This document shows, piece by piece, positions 16,587 through 27,148 of a DNA stretch of 64,000 nucleotides. The notes below the pieces were generated by a model. That model saw only the letters and a program-made list of their open reading frames with translations, made no database searches and was not told where the DNA came from. This stretch comes from Thermodesulfobacteriota bacterium (GTDB lineage Bacteria > Desulfobacterota_D > UBA1144 > Nemesobacterales > Nemesobacteraceae): positions 529,192 through 593,191 of the forward strand of contig OZ244851.1 in the NCBI GenBank assembly GCA_965220925.1, written 5' to 3'. A program made the translations under genes and the position numbers. Every line of letters starts with the position of its first letter. The stretch's first letter is position 1.

Positions 16587-18533
16587 TTAGCGGTTCATCC
16601 GGCTATCTATAAGGTCGTCGATTACCGAAGGATCGGCCAGAGTCGAAGTGTCGCCGAGGTCGGAGTATTCGTTGGCAGCGATTCGGCGCAGGATCCTGCG
16701 CATGATTTTTCCCGAACGAGTTTTTGGAAGCCCCGGCGCCCATTGAATTAAATCCGGCGAAGCGATCGGGCCGATTTCTTTCCTAACCCACTTAACAAGT
16801 TCGTCGCGAAGCTCCTGCGAAGGGCTTCGGTCCGCGTTCAGAGTTACGTACGCGTAAATCCCCTGCCCTTTTATATCGTGTGGATAGCCGACCACCGCGG
16901 CTTCGGCAACGCTTTCGTGCGACACCAAGGCGCTTTCCACTTCAGCGGTACCCATACGGTGACCTGAAACGTTTATAACGTCGTCCACGCGTCCCGTGAT
17001 CCAGTAATAACCGTCTTCGTCGCGACGGCAACCGTCACCGGTAAAATACTTGCCCGGATAAGCGGTAAAGTAAGTCTCTACGAAACGGTCGTGATCGCCG
17101 TAAACCGTGCGCATCTGCCCGGGCCATGAATCGGCGAGGCAAAGATTCCCTTCTGCCGCTCCTTCCAGAACGTTTCCGTCGTCGTCTACAAGTTCCGGTA
17201 AAATTCCGAAAAACGGCAAAGTCGCCGAACCCGGCTTAAGGTCGGTCGCTCCCGGGAGGGGAGTTATCAAAATACCTCCGGTTTCAGTCTGCCACCAAGT
17301 GTCCACTATCGGGCAGCGGCTCTCACCGACCACCTCGTAATACCACATCCACGCTTCGGGATTTATCGGCTCGCCCACGGTACCTAGAATGCGAAGCGAG
17401 GAGCGAGAGGTTCTTTTTACCGGTTCGTCCCCCTCGCGCATAAGCGTGCGTATAGCCGTAGGGGCGGTATAGAAAATATTGACATTATGCTTATCGCAAA
17501 CCTGCCAGAAACGCGATATGTCGGGATAATTCGGCACGCCTTCAAACATCAAAGAAGTGGCTCCGTTTGCAAGCGGCCCGTATACGATGTAGCTGTGACC
17601 GGTAACCCAGCCGACATCCGCGGTACACCAGTAAACCTCATCATCGCGGTAATCGAACACGTACCGATGAGTCATGGAAGCGTATGCAATATAACCCCCG
17701 GTCGTGTGCAAAACGCCTTTAGGTTTTCCGGTGGAACCGGAAGTGTAGAGAATAAACAAAGGATCTTCCGCGTCCATCTCTTCGGGAGCGCATTCATCGG
17801 AAACTTCCTCGACCGCTTCATGGTACCATACGTCCCGGCCTTCGTCCCACGGCACTTCCGCTCCGGTACGACGCACTACAAGAACTTTTTTAACAATCGA
17901 TTCAGCTCCGACTTCAAGAGCTTTGTCCGTATTGATCTTAAGAGGTACCTTGCGCGGGCCGCGTACTCCCTCGTCCGCGGTAATTACAATTTCCGATCCG
18001 CAATCGGAAATTCTTCCGGCAAGCGCGTCCGGAGAGAATCCTCCGAACACTACCGAGTGGACGGCTCCGATACGCGCGCAGGCAAGCATCGCGAAAGCGA
18101 CCTCGGGAATCATGGGCATGTATATGGTTATACGGTCGCCTCTTCGCGCGCCGAGAGATTTAAGAACGTTGGCCATTTGGCAAACTTCGCTTTTTAACTC
18201 CCGATAGGAGATTTTTCTGTGTTCCCCGGGGTCGTTACCCTCCCAGATAATCGCGATTTTATCCGGGGTGGTTTCCGCGTGACGATCGACGCAGTTAAAA
18301 CACGCGTTTAGAGTACCGTCGTAGAACCATCTGATGGAAACTTCGTCCGGTCCGTAATTTACGTCTTTGACTTTTGTGTAAGGCCTGATCCAGTCAATCT
18401 TTTTGCCCTGCACGTTCCAGAATTTCTCCGGATCCTCAATCGACTGGCGATACATAAAACCGTATTGCTCTTTGTCGACGAGGGCCTCTTTGGAAATGGT
18501 TTTTTGAACTGCGAAAATTTTAGACTTTGACAT
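16587..18533 (-). CDS. acs: Acetyl-CoA synthetase (AMP-forming)
   Basis: [21 protein letters not shown] and [13 protein letters not shown]. Confidence 0.97.
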   Translation of the reverse strand: MSKSKIFAVQKTISKEALVDKEQYGFMYRQSIEDPEKFWNVQGKKIDWIRPYTKVKDVNYGPDEVSIRWFYDGTLNACFNCVDRHAETTPDKIAIIWEGNDPGEHRKISYRELKSEVCQMANVLKSLGARRGDRITIYMPMIPEVAFAMLACARIGAVHSVVFGGFSPDALAGRISDCGSEIVITADEGVRGPRKVPLKINTDKALEVGAESIVKKVLVVRRTGAEVPWDEGRDVWYHEAVEEVSDECAPEEMDAEDPLFILYTSGSTGKPKGVLHTTGGYIAYASMTHRYVFDYRDDEVYWCTADVGWVTGHSYIVYGPLANGATSLMFEGVPNYPDISRFWQVCDKHNVNIFYTAPTAIRTLMREGDEPVKRTSRSSLRILGTVGEPINPEAWMWYYEVVGESRCPIVDTWWQTETGGILITPLPGATDLKPGSATLPFFGILPELVDDDGNVLEGAAEGNLCLADSWPGQMRTVYGDHDRFVETYFTAYPGKYFTGDGCRRDEDGYYWITGRVDDVINVSGHRMGTAEVESALVSHESVAEAAVVGYPHDIKGQGIYAYVTLNADRSPSQELRDELVKWVRKEIGPIASPDLIQWAPGLPKTRSGKIMRRILRRIAANEYSDLGDTSTLADPSVIDDLIDSRMNR

Positions 18534-18742
18534 TGTTCGCTCCTCGGATTAGTCCAATCAATGGTCGTTTCGAACCTTAAAATATCTTCCCGGCATAAAT
18601 TCAAAAAGTGCCGTACCAAGCGATATTTACATACATCAGGGGTAGATATCCCCGAGTCGAAGTCATAAATATGAAAATGTATTATAACTTCTCCGCGTCG
18701 GATTAACAATGTGAGCATTTGGTGCGGGAAGTTTTGCTTTAT

Positions 18743-18771
18743 TTGCTAGAAAAGCACTTCCCGTATAAGAT
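18743..18771 (+). promoter_or_regulatory. sigma70 promoter of cofG-cofH
   Basis: TTGCTA-17-TAAGAT. Confidence 0.5.
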
Positions 18772-18843
18772 ATTCGGGAGGTGGTAGCCTGGTGTCGGTA
18801 ATTTCTCCCGACCGAATTTCTTTGTGATGGAGGCGGATTCTCG

Positions 18844-20103
18844 TTGACTTTTTTTGCGGAAACATGGGAAAGGACATTTTGTGAAAATGAAAGTTCCATG
18901 CTGCGTGAAACCCTCGGCACAAGCGATATTTCGAGTATAAAAGCGTCGCCGAGACTTGAAAAAATAATATCAAAAGCGATTGAAGGGGAAACCCTCCCGC
19001 GCGAAGACGCTCTTTACCTGACGCAAATCCTCCCTAGCGAAATACCCTTACTCCTTCTTGCCGCGGCGGCGATTAGAAATCGCTCGAAAGGAAAAATCGC
19101 CACTTACTCAAAAAACGTTTTCGTGCCACTTACCCAGCTTTGCAGAGATCGTTGCGGATACTGCACTTTTAAAATAGAGCCCGGGGAAGGCAGTCTGTTC
19201 ATGAACCCCGAGGAGGTTACGGACCTTGCGAAGAAAGGAGCGAAGGCCGGTTGCACGGAACTTCTTTTCGTTACGGGGGACAAACCCGAACTGGCTTACC
19301 CAGTATATAGAGACGCGCTTTCGAAAATCGGCTACGGGTCGACGTCGGAATACCTGATCGAGATGGGCAAAACGGGGCTTGAAAACGGAATTTTTCCCCA
19401 CACCAACCTCGGACTCTCCACTCCCGAGGAACTTTCGGAATTCCGAGAGAGCAATCCGAGCATGGGTCTCATGCTTGAAAACATAAGCGAGAGACTGCTT
19501 AAAAAAGGAAACGCGCATCACGGCTGCGCCGACAAGGTTCCGAAATTAAGAATGGAAACCATGGAGCATGCGGGAAGAGCGAGCATTCCCTGGACAAGCG
19601 GCATATTGGTCGGAATCGGCGAAACGGTTGAGGAAAGAATCGATTCGCTTTACGCTCTTTTAAACCTCTCACGCGAATACGGTCATCTGCAGGAAATAAT
19701 AATCCAGAACTTCAACCCGAAAGAAGGAATAAAAATGGAACAGCACCCCGCGGCAGACTTTTTTGAAATGCTCAAAATAGTCGCCATTTCAAGACTCGTG
19801 TTCGGAGGAGAGATGAACATACAGATACCGCCGAATCTGAACAACAGAAATTTCGCGTTTTACCTTCTGGCGGGAATAAACGATTTGGGCGGAGTATCGC
19901 CAATAACCATAGACTACGTAAACCCCGAAGCTCCATGGCCGCAGGTGGAAAGAATGGAGAAAGAGGTGGAAACACTTGGTTACGAGCTCAGAGAAAGGCT
20001 TCCGGTGTACCCGGAGTACATAAACGAGCGATGGATAGACGCTTACGTTCTGGATAAAGTAAAGGGGCGCGTGGACGAAAACGGTTACGTGCCGATTAAC
20101 TGA
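18844..20103 (+). CDS. cofG: FO synthase subunit CofG (radical SAM)
   Basis: TYSKNVFVPLTQLCRDRCGYCTF, G.FPHTN.G, SMGLMLE, QEIIIQNF, NIQIPPNL and DLGGVSPIT.DYVNPEAPWP. Confidence 0.9.
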   Translation: MTFFAETWERTFCENESSMLRETLGTSDISSIKASPRLEKIISKAIEGETLPREDALYLTQILPSEIPLLLLAAAAIRNRSKGKIATYSKNVFVPLTQLCRDRCGYCTFKIEPGEGSLFMNPEEVTDLAKKGAKAGCTELLFVTGDKPELAYPVYRDALSKIGYGSTSEYLIEMGKTGLENGIFPHTNLGLSTPEELSEFRESNPSMGLMLENISERLLKKGNAHHGCADKVPKLRMETMEHAGRASIPWTSGILVGIGETVEERIDSLYALLNLSREYGHLQEIIIQNFNPKEGIKMEQHPAADFFEMLKIVAISRLVFGGEMNIQIPPNLNNRNFAFYLLAGINDLGGVSPITIDYVNPEAPWPQVERMEKEVETLGYELRERLPVYPEYINERWIDAYVLDKVKGRVDENGYVPIN

Positions 20104-20110
20104 GAAAAAA

Positions 20111-21310
20111 ATGGAAGATATAAAGAAAATAATAGAATCGATAGAAGAGAGAAGACCCCTCGGCGTCGACGGAGTAATGTCAAGGATAAACGGCTCAACC
20201 GGGAGAATCATTGATGACGCACTTTGCGGAAAGGAAATATCGGTTGAAGACGGAATTCATCTTTTCAATATAGACAATGAAGACGAGATATCCGCTTTGG
20301 CGCTTGCCGCAGACCAGATAAGAAAAGACGACGTGGGAGACGTGATCACCTATGTCGTCAACAGAAACATCAACTTCACGAACATATGCGACGTCTACTG
20401 CGGCTTTTGCAACTTTATGGCGGACGAAGGGGACGAAAGAGCTTATTTCCTCTCTATGGACGAAGTCGCCGAAAGAACGGTGGAAGCTTGGGAAATAGGA
20501 GCGACCGAGGTATGTATGCAGGGAGGCATGCATCCCGAAATAGACGGCAATTTTTATATAGACCTTATAAAAACGGTAAAAAACGCCGTGCCGGAAATGC
20601 ATACGCACGCTTTTTCTCCGTATGAAATATATTACGGCGCCAAAACGCTCGGCATTGAAGAAGAAGATTTCATAAGAAAACTCAAAGACGTGGGTCACAA
20701 CACTTTCCCCGGCACCGCCGCCGAGGTACTTGTGGAGGAAGTAAGAAAGGTGATTGCCCCGAGAAAAATACCGACCGAGGTCTGGATAAGGGTAGTGAAA
20801 AAAGCCCATAAGGAAGGTATGAGAACCACCTCCACTATAATGTACGGACATCTTGATAAACGTCATCACTGGGCCGTGCACTTGGGAATACTGAGAGACA
20901 TACAGAAAGAAACGGGAGGATTCACGGAATTCGTACCGCTTCGTTTCATACCCTGGAACACGAGGCTGTTTATTCACTCGAAAGGAAAAGTGAATAAAGG
21001 CCCGACCGACCTTGACCAGTTGAAGATGTACGCGATTTCCCGAATGATGCTTCGCGGATGGATAAACAACATACAAGTCTCATGGGTCAAGCAGGGACCG
21101 GAATTCGCCCAGTTCTCGCTTACCGCGGGAGCGAACGATTTCGGAGGAACGCTTATGGAAGAACAAATATCCCGTTTCGCCGGAGCAAGCTATGGTCAGT
21201 ACTTCCCTCCCGAGGAATTTAGAAAACTTACCAGGGAAATAGGCAGAATCCCGGCCGAAAGAGATACGACTTACGGGATTCTGAAGACATTTGAAAACGG
21301 CGAGGCCTAA
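20111..21310 (+). CDS. cofH: FO synthase subunit CofH (radical SAM)
   Basis: TYVVNRNINFTNICDVYCGFC, ATEVCMQGG, PGTAAE, TGGFTEFVPL, NIQVSWVK and GANDFGGTLMEE; adjacent to cofG. Confidence 0.9.
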   Translation: MEDIKKIIESIEERRPLGVDGVMSRINGSTGRIIDDALCGKEISVEDGIHLFNIDNEDEISALALAADQIRKDDVGDVITYVVNRNINFTNICDVYCGFCNFMADEGDERAYFLSMDEVAERTVEAWEIGATEVCMQGGMHPEIDGNFYIDLIKTVKNAVPEMHTHAFSPYEIYYGAKTLGIEEEDFIRKLKDVGHNTFPGTAAEVLVEEVRKVIAPRKIPTEVWIRVVKKAHKEGMRTTSTIMYGHLDKRHHWAVHLGILRDIQKETGGFTEFVPLRFIPWNTRLFIHSKGKVNKGPTDLDQLKMYAISRMMLRGWINNIQVSWVKQGPEFAQFSLTAGANDFGGTLMEEQISRFAGASYGQYFPPEEFRKLTREIGRIPAERDTTYGILKTFENGEA

Positions 21311-21370
21311 AAACTTACTTTTCCTAAACTCGTCTTCCATCCCGAAATATCTTCGCCGAGACCGGTTTCC

Positions 21371-24226
21371 ATGAAAAAATCGAGAATTGAAGATTTTGAA
21401 AAGAAACTTCGACGGGAGATTCAAGGCGAGTTCAGAAAAAATCCGGTCGATAGAGCCTTTTACAGTACGGACGCAAGCAACTACAGGTTGCTTCCTCTCG
21501 CAGTAGTAATCCCAAAAACGCGACAAGACATAGAAGTCACGCTCTCTGAAGCTTTCGCTTGTGAAATTTCCGTCACAGTGCGGGGAGCGGGCACGAGTCT
21601 CGCCGGGCAGGCGGTTGGCGAAGGGATAATCCTCGATCTCTCAAAATACATGAACAGGATAATCGATGTAGACGCGTCGGGGAAAAAAGTCAGGGTCGAG
21701 CCCGGAATTTCCATCGATAATCTAAACAGACACCTCTCGCCACTCGGTTTGATGTTCGGGCCCGACCCCTCAAGCGCAAGCGTAGCCACCGTGGGAGGAT
21801 CGATAGCCAACAACGCCACCGGGGCGCATTCCATACTGCACGGAATGGCGGGAGACCATGTCGTTTCCTCAAACGTGGTACTCGCGGACGGATCCGCTTT
21901 CGAACTCTCCAGAGGGAATTACGAAAACCGCAGAAAGGGGGACGGAATCGGAGAAAATCTTTTTGAAAAACTCGCCGAATTGCGCAAGCGAAGTGAAAAT
22001 ACAGTTAAAAGCGATTTTCCAAAGCACTGGAGACGAGCTTCGGGATATTCGCTTAATTATTTTCTGGACGAAGAATTCAATCCGGCCAAACTTCTAGCCT
22101 CTTCGGAAGGCACCCTTGCTGTTTCAAGCGATTTCGAACTCAACCTCGTCGAAAAACCCAAGGCAACCGGGCTTTGCATGATTTCGTTTCGAAAGATTCC
22201 CGAGGCGATGGAAGCAGTCTCGGAGATTCTCTCGCACAATCCTTCGGCAATCGAGCTCATCGACGGAATGCTGATAGATCTTGCAAGAAAAACGAAAAAT
22301 TTCCACAACCTGTTTTCTTTTATAGACGGCGATCCGGAAGCCGTGCTGGCGGTTGAATTTCAGGGAGAGGACGAAAAGCAGTCAAGAGAGAAAACAGAGA
22401 GATTCGCGGAATCTTTCACCCGCGGCGAAACCGTCTTAAAGCTTTGCGAACCGCAAGAGCAGAAAAAAATCTGGGATGCGAGAAAAATCGCCCTAGGCAT
22501 ACTAATGAGCGATCGGAGTAGTCAAAGGCCCATTCCGTGCATAGAAGACGTCTCGGTCCCTCTTGGCAGCCTTTGCGATTACACAAAAGATGTGATTTCA
22601 CTTCTTGACGAATTCGGGCTCAAGGCGACTTTCTACGGACACGCAAGCGCGGGATGCCTGCACATAAGACCCCTTATCGACCTGCGCGGGAAAACTGGAG
22701 TGTCCCGAATGATCGAGCTTTCCGAACGCACGCTTAAACTCGCTCTTCGCTACCAGGGCGTAATGAGCGGCGAGCATGGAGACGGTATCCAAAGAAGTTA
22801 TCTAAACGAAAGACTATTCGGCGAAAAACTCTATTCGGTTATGAAAGAGCTTAAGGATATTTTCGATCCGAGCGGAATACTCAACCCCGGAAAAGTCGTT
22901 TTTGGAGCGGACCCTTCTTCAAATCTCAGGATAGAAAAACCCGCCATGGATTTTCCCACTTCTCTTAACTGGTCCCGGGAAGGAGGTTTAGCCGCTGCGG
23001 CGGCCATGTGCAACGGTCAGGGAGTCTGCAGAAAAACCGCCGAGGGAATCATGTGCCCTTCCTACAGAGCTACGCTTGACGAAGCGGATACCACGAGAGC
23101 GCGGGCGAACATGTTTCGAGAACTTCTTCATGGAAATATCGCCGAAGACGCGCTTTACGAAAAAAGATTTTACGATGTCTTCGATCTCTGCGTGGGATGC
23201 AAGGCGTGTCGAACCGAATGTCCTTCGCAAGTCGATGTGAACAAGATGAAAATCGAGTTTCTGGCCCGATACAAAGCGAAAAAAGGATTTACCCCAAGAG
23301 ACATGCTATTTGGCCGCGTACATGAAATAAGCGCAAAACGCCGCGCCTTGCCGAAATTTCTAAACCGGGCGTTTGAAAGCTCTTTTTCGGCAACTCTGCT
23401 CTCTCTTGCGGGAATTGAAAGAAGAAGACCCGTTTTGCGCGCGGCCGAAGAAACTTTCAGCGAATGGTTCCGTGGAAAGCAAGAAGTTAACGGAGAAAAG
23501 AAGGTGGTTTATTTTCACGACACGTGGTCTGAGTTTTTCTACCCGGAGATAGGGAAAGCGGTTGTCGGTACGCTTGAAAATCTCGGGTTTTCCGTCTCGG
23601 TGGAAAGACGGAGAAAATGCTGCGGAAGACCTATGCTTAGCATGGGAATGGTGGAAGAGGCGAGGAAAAACGCGATTCATAACGTTTATGTCCTCTCCGA
23701 TTACGCGAAAAAGGAAATACCCGTTATCTTCTCGGAACCCAGCTGCTTGTCGGCGTTTCGAGATGAATACGCCGATATGGTTCCCGCAAGCGAATCTTTG
23801 GACGCCGTGATTTCCAATATTCACTCTGTTTGCGAATTCGTCTACTCGCATCTCCCCAAAGAAAACTCCGCGAAGCAAAAACGACAAAACATACTGGTTC
23901 ACGGACACTGTCATGAAAGGGCCGGAGGCGAATTTTCAAAAACTTTCTCTCTTCTTGAAACTCTGGGATACGATATACGGCAAAGCGAGGCCGGGTGTTG
24001 CGGAATGGCCGGAAGCTTCGGTTATGAAAAAGAGCATTACGAAATATCAAAAGCCATGGGCGAACTCAAACTTTTTCCGGAAATAAAAAGAGCGCTTGCG
24101 GAGAAAAAAAGAATTTGCGTTACGGGCGTTTCCTGCTTTGAACAGGTATCTCATTTTACGGATGCGAAACCGATTCACATAGCCTCGCTTCTCGAAGAAT
24201 CCATCGTTTCGAAAACCGAGGAATAA
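21371..24226 (+). CDS. FAD-binding / Fe-S oxidoreductase (GlcD+GlcF fusion, YdiJ / 2-hydroxyacid dehydrogenase family)
   Basis: RGAGTSLAGQ, GHASAGCLHIRP, SGEHGDG, CVGCKACRTECP and two CCG domains. Confidence 0.88.
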   Translation: MKKSRIEDFEKKLRREIQGEFRKNPVDRAFYSTDASNYRLLPLAVVIPKTRQDIEVTLSEAFACEISVTVRGAGTSLAGQAVGEGIILDLSKYMNRIIDVDASGKKVRVEPGISIDNLNRHLSPLGLMFGPDPSSASVATVGGSIANNATGAHSILHGMAGDHVVSSNVVLADGSAFELSRGNYENRRKGDGIGENLFEKLAELRKRSENTVKSDFPKHWRRASGYSLNYFLDEEFNPAKLLASSEGTLAVSSDFELNLVEKPKATGLCMISFRKIPEAMEAVSEILSHNPSAIELIDGMLIDLARKTKNFHNLFSFIDGDPEAVLAVEFQGEDEKQSREKTERFAESFTRGETVLKLCEPQEQKKIWDARKIALGILMSDRSSQRPIPCIEDVSVPLGSLCDYTKDVISLLDEFGLKATFYGHASAGCLHIRPLIDLRGKTGVSRMIELSERTLKLALRYQGVMSGEHGDGIQRSYLNERLFGEKLYSVMKELKDIFDPSGILNPGKVVFGADPSSNLRIEKPAMDFPTSLNWSREGGLAAAAAMCNGQGVCRKTAEGIMCPSYRATLDEADTTRARANMFRELLHGNIAEDALYEKRFYDVFDLCVGCKACRTECPSQVDVNKMKIEFLARYKAKKGFTPRDMLFGRVHEISAKRRALPKFLNRAFESSFSATLLSLAGIERRRPVLRAAEETFSEWFRGKQEVNGEKKVVYFHDTWSEFFYPEIGKAVVGTLENLGFSVSVERRRKCCGRPMLSMGMVEEARKNAIHNVYVLSDYAKKEIPVIFSEPSCLSAFRDEYADMVPASESLDAVISNIHSVCEFVYSHLPKENSAKQKRQNILVHGHCHERAGGEFSKTFSLLETLGYDIRQSEAGCCGMAGSFGYEKEHYEISKAMGELKLFPEIKRALAEKKRICVTGVSCFEQVSHFTDAKPIHIASLLEESIVSKTEE

Positions 24227-24277
24227 AAGCGCGAAAAACATAGAACACGTAATAACTTGCCGGTAAGATAAAAATTC

Positions 24278-25273
24278 ATGGGATTTTCTAAAATAACGGG
24301 ACATGAAGTCCAGAAAGAATTTCTTCAAAACTCCGTACTTAGAGACCGGGTCGCTCACGCTTACCTTTTTTCCGGACCCGACGGCATCGGGAAAAAATTG
24401 GTCGCTACGGAATTTGCGAAACTAATAAACTGTTCTTCTCGCGAAACGGAAAACGAGAACTGCGACTGCTCTTCATGCGTAAAGACCGAAAAAGGACTTA
24501 ATCCCGACGTACGCATGTTTGAATACCCGGGCGAGAAAACGATAAAAGTAGACAATGTGCGCAAGGATATAGAGCATCTGGTTTATCTTGCTCCCTATGA
24601 AAATCCATGCAAGGTTTTCATAATCGACGGCGCGCAGAGAATGAACGTAAACGCGCAAAACGCGTTTTTGAAAACTTTGGAAGAACCTCCGGCAAACTCC
24701 GTCATAATTTTGATCACCACTTTAGCCGACCTTCTCATGCCAACGATAAGATCAAGATGCCAGACCGTGGCGTTTAATCCTCTTGAGACGGAAAGAGTAA
24801 AAGAGCTTTTGCAAAAGAAAAGACCCGAAATCGAAAATCCCGAACTGGTCTCGAAAATATCGTCGGGCAGTATCGCGAAGGCCCTTGACACCAACGAAAA
24901 TTATCTTAGAAAAAGAACCGAATACATAGAGAATCTAATGAAGATTGACGGGAAAAGACCGCTAACCCTTTTCGATTTCGTGGAAAGAATAAAAAACGAC
25001 GTGAAAGAAGGAGGACCCGAAGAACTAAAATTAATCTTCGACATTCTCTCCACATGGCTTCGCGACTCGGTAGTCTTTAAGATCTCCGAGGAAAGAAAAG
25101 AAATAGTAAACACCGACCTTCTGGAGCAGTTAAGCGAATACTCGGAGAAAAAAGACTTATCGGAACTCATGGGTAAATTCGTCGTTTTAGAACAGACCAT
25201 ATCGCGAATTTTGAATAACAACGCGAATTTAGACGTCTCCTTTGAAAATCTTCTGCTAAAACTCTCCAGATAG
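24278..25273 (+). CDS. holB: DNA polymerase III delta' subunit
   Basis: HAYLFSGPDGIGK, CxCxxC zinc motif, NAFLKTLEEPP and PTIRSRC. Confidence 0.93.
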   Translation: MGFSKITGHEVQKEFLQNSVLRDRVAHAYLFSGPDGIGKKLVATEFAKLINCSSRETENENCDCSSCVKTEKGLNPDVRMFEYPGEKTIKVDNVRKDIEHLVYLAPYENPCKVFIIDGAQRMNVNAQNAFLKTLEEPPANSVIILITTLADLLMPTIRSRCQTVAFNPLETERVKELLQKKRPEIENPELVSKISSGSIAKALDTNENYLRKRTEYIENLMKIDGKRPLTLFDFVERIKNDVKEGGPEELKLIFDILSTWLRDSVVFKISEERKEIVNTDLLEQLSEYSEKKDLSELMGKFVVLEQTISRILNNNANLDVSFENLLLKLSR

Positions 25274-25450
25274 TAAATGGCCACATTCCCGAAGATTTAT
25301 AAATACGGCGATCGTGTATCAACATCGCATGCGATTGCCGCTTAAGCGCCGTTTTGAGAACAGAAATACACTTCTAAGAATTGAAATACCGACCGATTGT
25401 GTTTTATTAATCGCAACTTATATCTTTTTCGCTCACAAGACCCGGAAGAA

Positions 25451-26992
25451 ATGAAAAAAAACAGATTCTACGTAACAACGCCTATTTACTATGTAAACGA
25501 CGTACCGCACATCGGTCACGCTTACACAACCATAGCCGCGGACACCATAGCTCGATACAAAGCTGCAACCGGCAATGAAGTCTACTTCCTAACCGGAACG
25601 GACGAGCACGGGCGGAAAATAGAGCAGACGGCGCAGGGAAACGGAGAAACCCCCTTGGAACTTGCCGACAGGGTCGTCGGTAAATTTCAGAATCTTTGGG
25701 AAACTCTGGGGATATCCAACACCGATTTTATCAGAACGACAGAACCGCGTCACCGCGAGGCGGTATCTGAGATTTGGAGACTAGTTGAGAAAAACGGAGA
25801 CATTTACCTTGACGAGTACGAGGGCTGGTACGATGTGAGAAACGAGGCTTTCGTAACGGAAACCCAAGTTGAGGAAGTAATGAAGCTTCCCGAAGAGAAA
25901 CGTCCGCATCTGGAGAGAATAAATGAGCAAAGCTATTTCTTCAGACTGTCCGCGTATCAAGAGCCTCTTCTTCGCCTCTACAGAGAAAACCCCGATTTCA
26001 TAAAACCGGATTACAGAAGAAACGAAGTAGTAAGTTTCGTTGAAGGAGGTCTTCGGGATTTAAGCGTAAGCAGGACGAATTTCTCATGGGGAATTCCCGT
26101 TCCCAAATCGGACGAACACGTGGTATACGTGTGGTTTGACGCCTTAACCAACTATCTCACATCCTTGGGATTTCCCGAGAAAACCGAAAACTTCGAAAAA
26201 TTCTGGCCCGCCGACATACATATTGTAGGAAAAGACATACTCAGATTCCACGCGGTCTATTGGCCCGCATTTTTAATGTCGGCAGGGCTTCCGCTTCCGA
26301 AAACTATTTTCGCCCACGGATGGTGGACAGTAGAAGGGGAGAAAATGTCTAAATCTCTTGGAAACGTGATTGATCCCTACCAGGTCGTAGAGGAATTTAA
26401 TTCCGAGATATTCCGTTACTTTTTGCTTCGCGAAATACCTTTCGGACAAGACGGAGACTACTCGAAAAAATCCCTTGTAAACAGAGTTAACGGAGAGTTG
26501 GTAAACGGACTTGGGAACTTGGTGAGCCGCGCGCTGGGAATGATAGAAAGATATACGGAGGGAGTTATTCCCGAGCCCACGGAGTTATCGGAAAGCGAAA
26601 AAGAAATAGAAAAAGCCTACAGAGAAACGGCAACGCAAGTCGCCACCGATCTTGAAGAACTCGCGTTTAATAAGGCGCTCTCGCGTATATGGAAATTCAT
26701 AGCCCTAGTAAACAGATACGTTGACAATACCGCTCCCTGGAAACTGGCAAAGGAAAAAGAACAAAAAAAACGGCTTGAAACGATTCTCTGGACGCTTGCC
26801 GAGAGTATAAGGGTAATCTCTCTTCTGATTTATCCGTTTCTCCCACAAACCTCCCGTGAGATTCGAAAGAAGATCGGGCTCTCCGCGGACTCTGTCTCCG
26901 GAAATATGGACTGGGGAAGAACAAAAGCCGAAACTACTGTAAAAAAAGGTGAAAATCTTTTCTCTAGGGTAAAAGAAGAGAAAGTTCCCTAA
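25451..26992 (+). CDS. metG: Methionine-tRNA ligase (short form, no C-terminal OB domain)
   Basis: TTPIYYVN..PHIGH, YVWFDAL, GKDILRFH and KMSKS. Confidence 0.97.
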   Translation: MKKNRFYVTTPIYYVNDVPHIGHAYTTIAADTIARYKAATGNEVYFLTGTDEHGRKIEQTAQGNGETPLELADRVVGKFQNLWETLGISNTDFIRTTEPRHREAVSEIWRLVEKNGDIYLDEYEGWYDVRNEAFVTETQVEEVMKLPEEKRPHLERINEQSYFFRLSAYQEPLLRLYRENPDFIKPDYRRNEVVSFVEGGLRDLSVSRTNFSWGIPVPKSDEHVVYVWFDALTNYLTSLGFPEKTENFEKFWPADIHIVGKDILRFHAVYWPAFLMSAGLPLPKTIFAHGWWTVEGEKMSKSLGNVIDPYQVVEEFNSEIFRYFLLREIPFGQDGDYSKKSLVNRVNGELVNGLGNLVSRALGMIERYTEGVIPEPTELSESEKEIEKAYRETATQVATDLEELAFNKALSRIWKFIALVNRYVDNTAPWKLAKEKEQKKRLETILWTLAESIRVISLLIYPFLPQTSREIRKKIGLSADSVSGNMDWGRTKAETTVKKGENLFSRVKEEKVP

Positions 26993-27148
26993 ACGGTATT
27001 TTGTCCGATAGTTTTTTCAAGCACTTCCTCTATAGCCCGTATTGCTTCTTCTTACTTCCACGCGGTTTATATCTTCAGTTAAAATGTACGTGAAATAAAG
27101 AACCCGGTTCGCCCCGTGATACGGGAGCAACTCAGGAGGAATATCGCT

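Noticed and set aside
20195-21076. 293-aa minus-strand ORF
   Set aside because: Antisense shadow of cofH.
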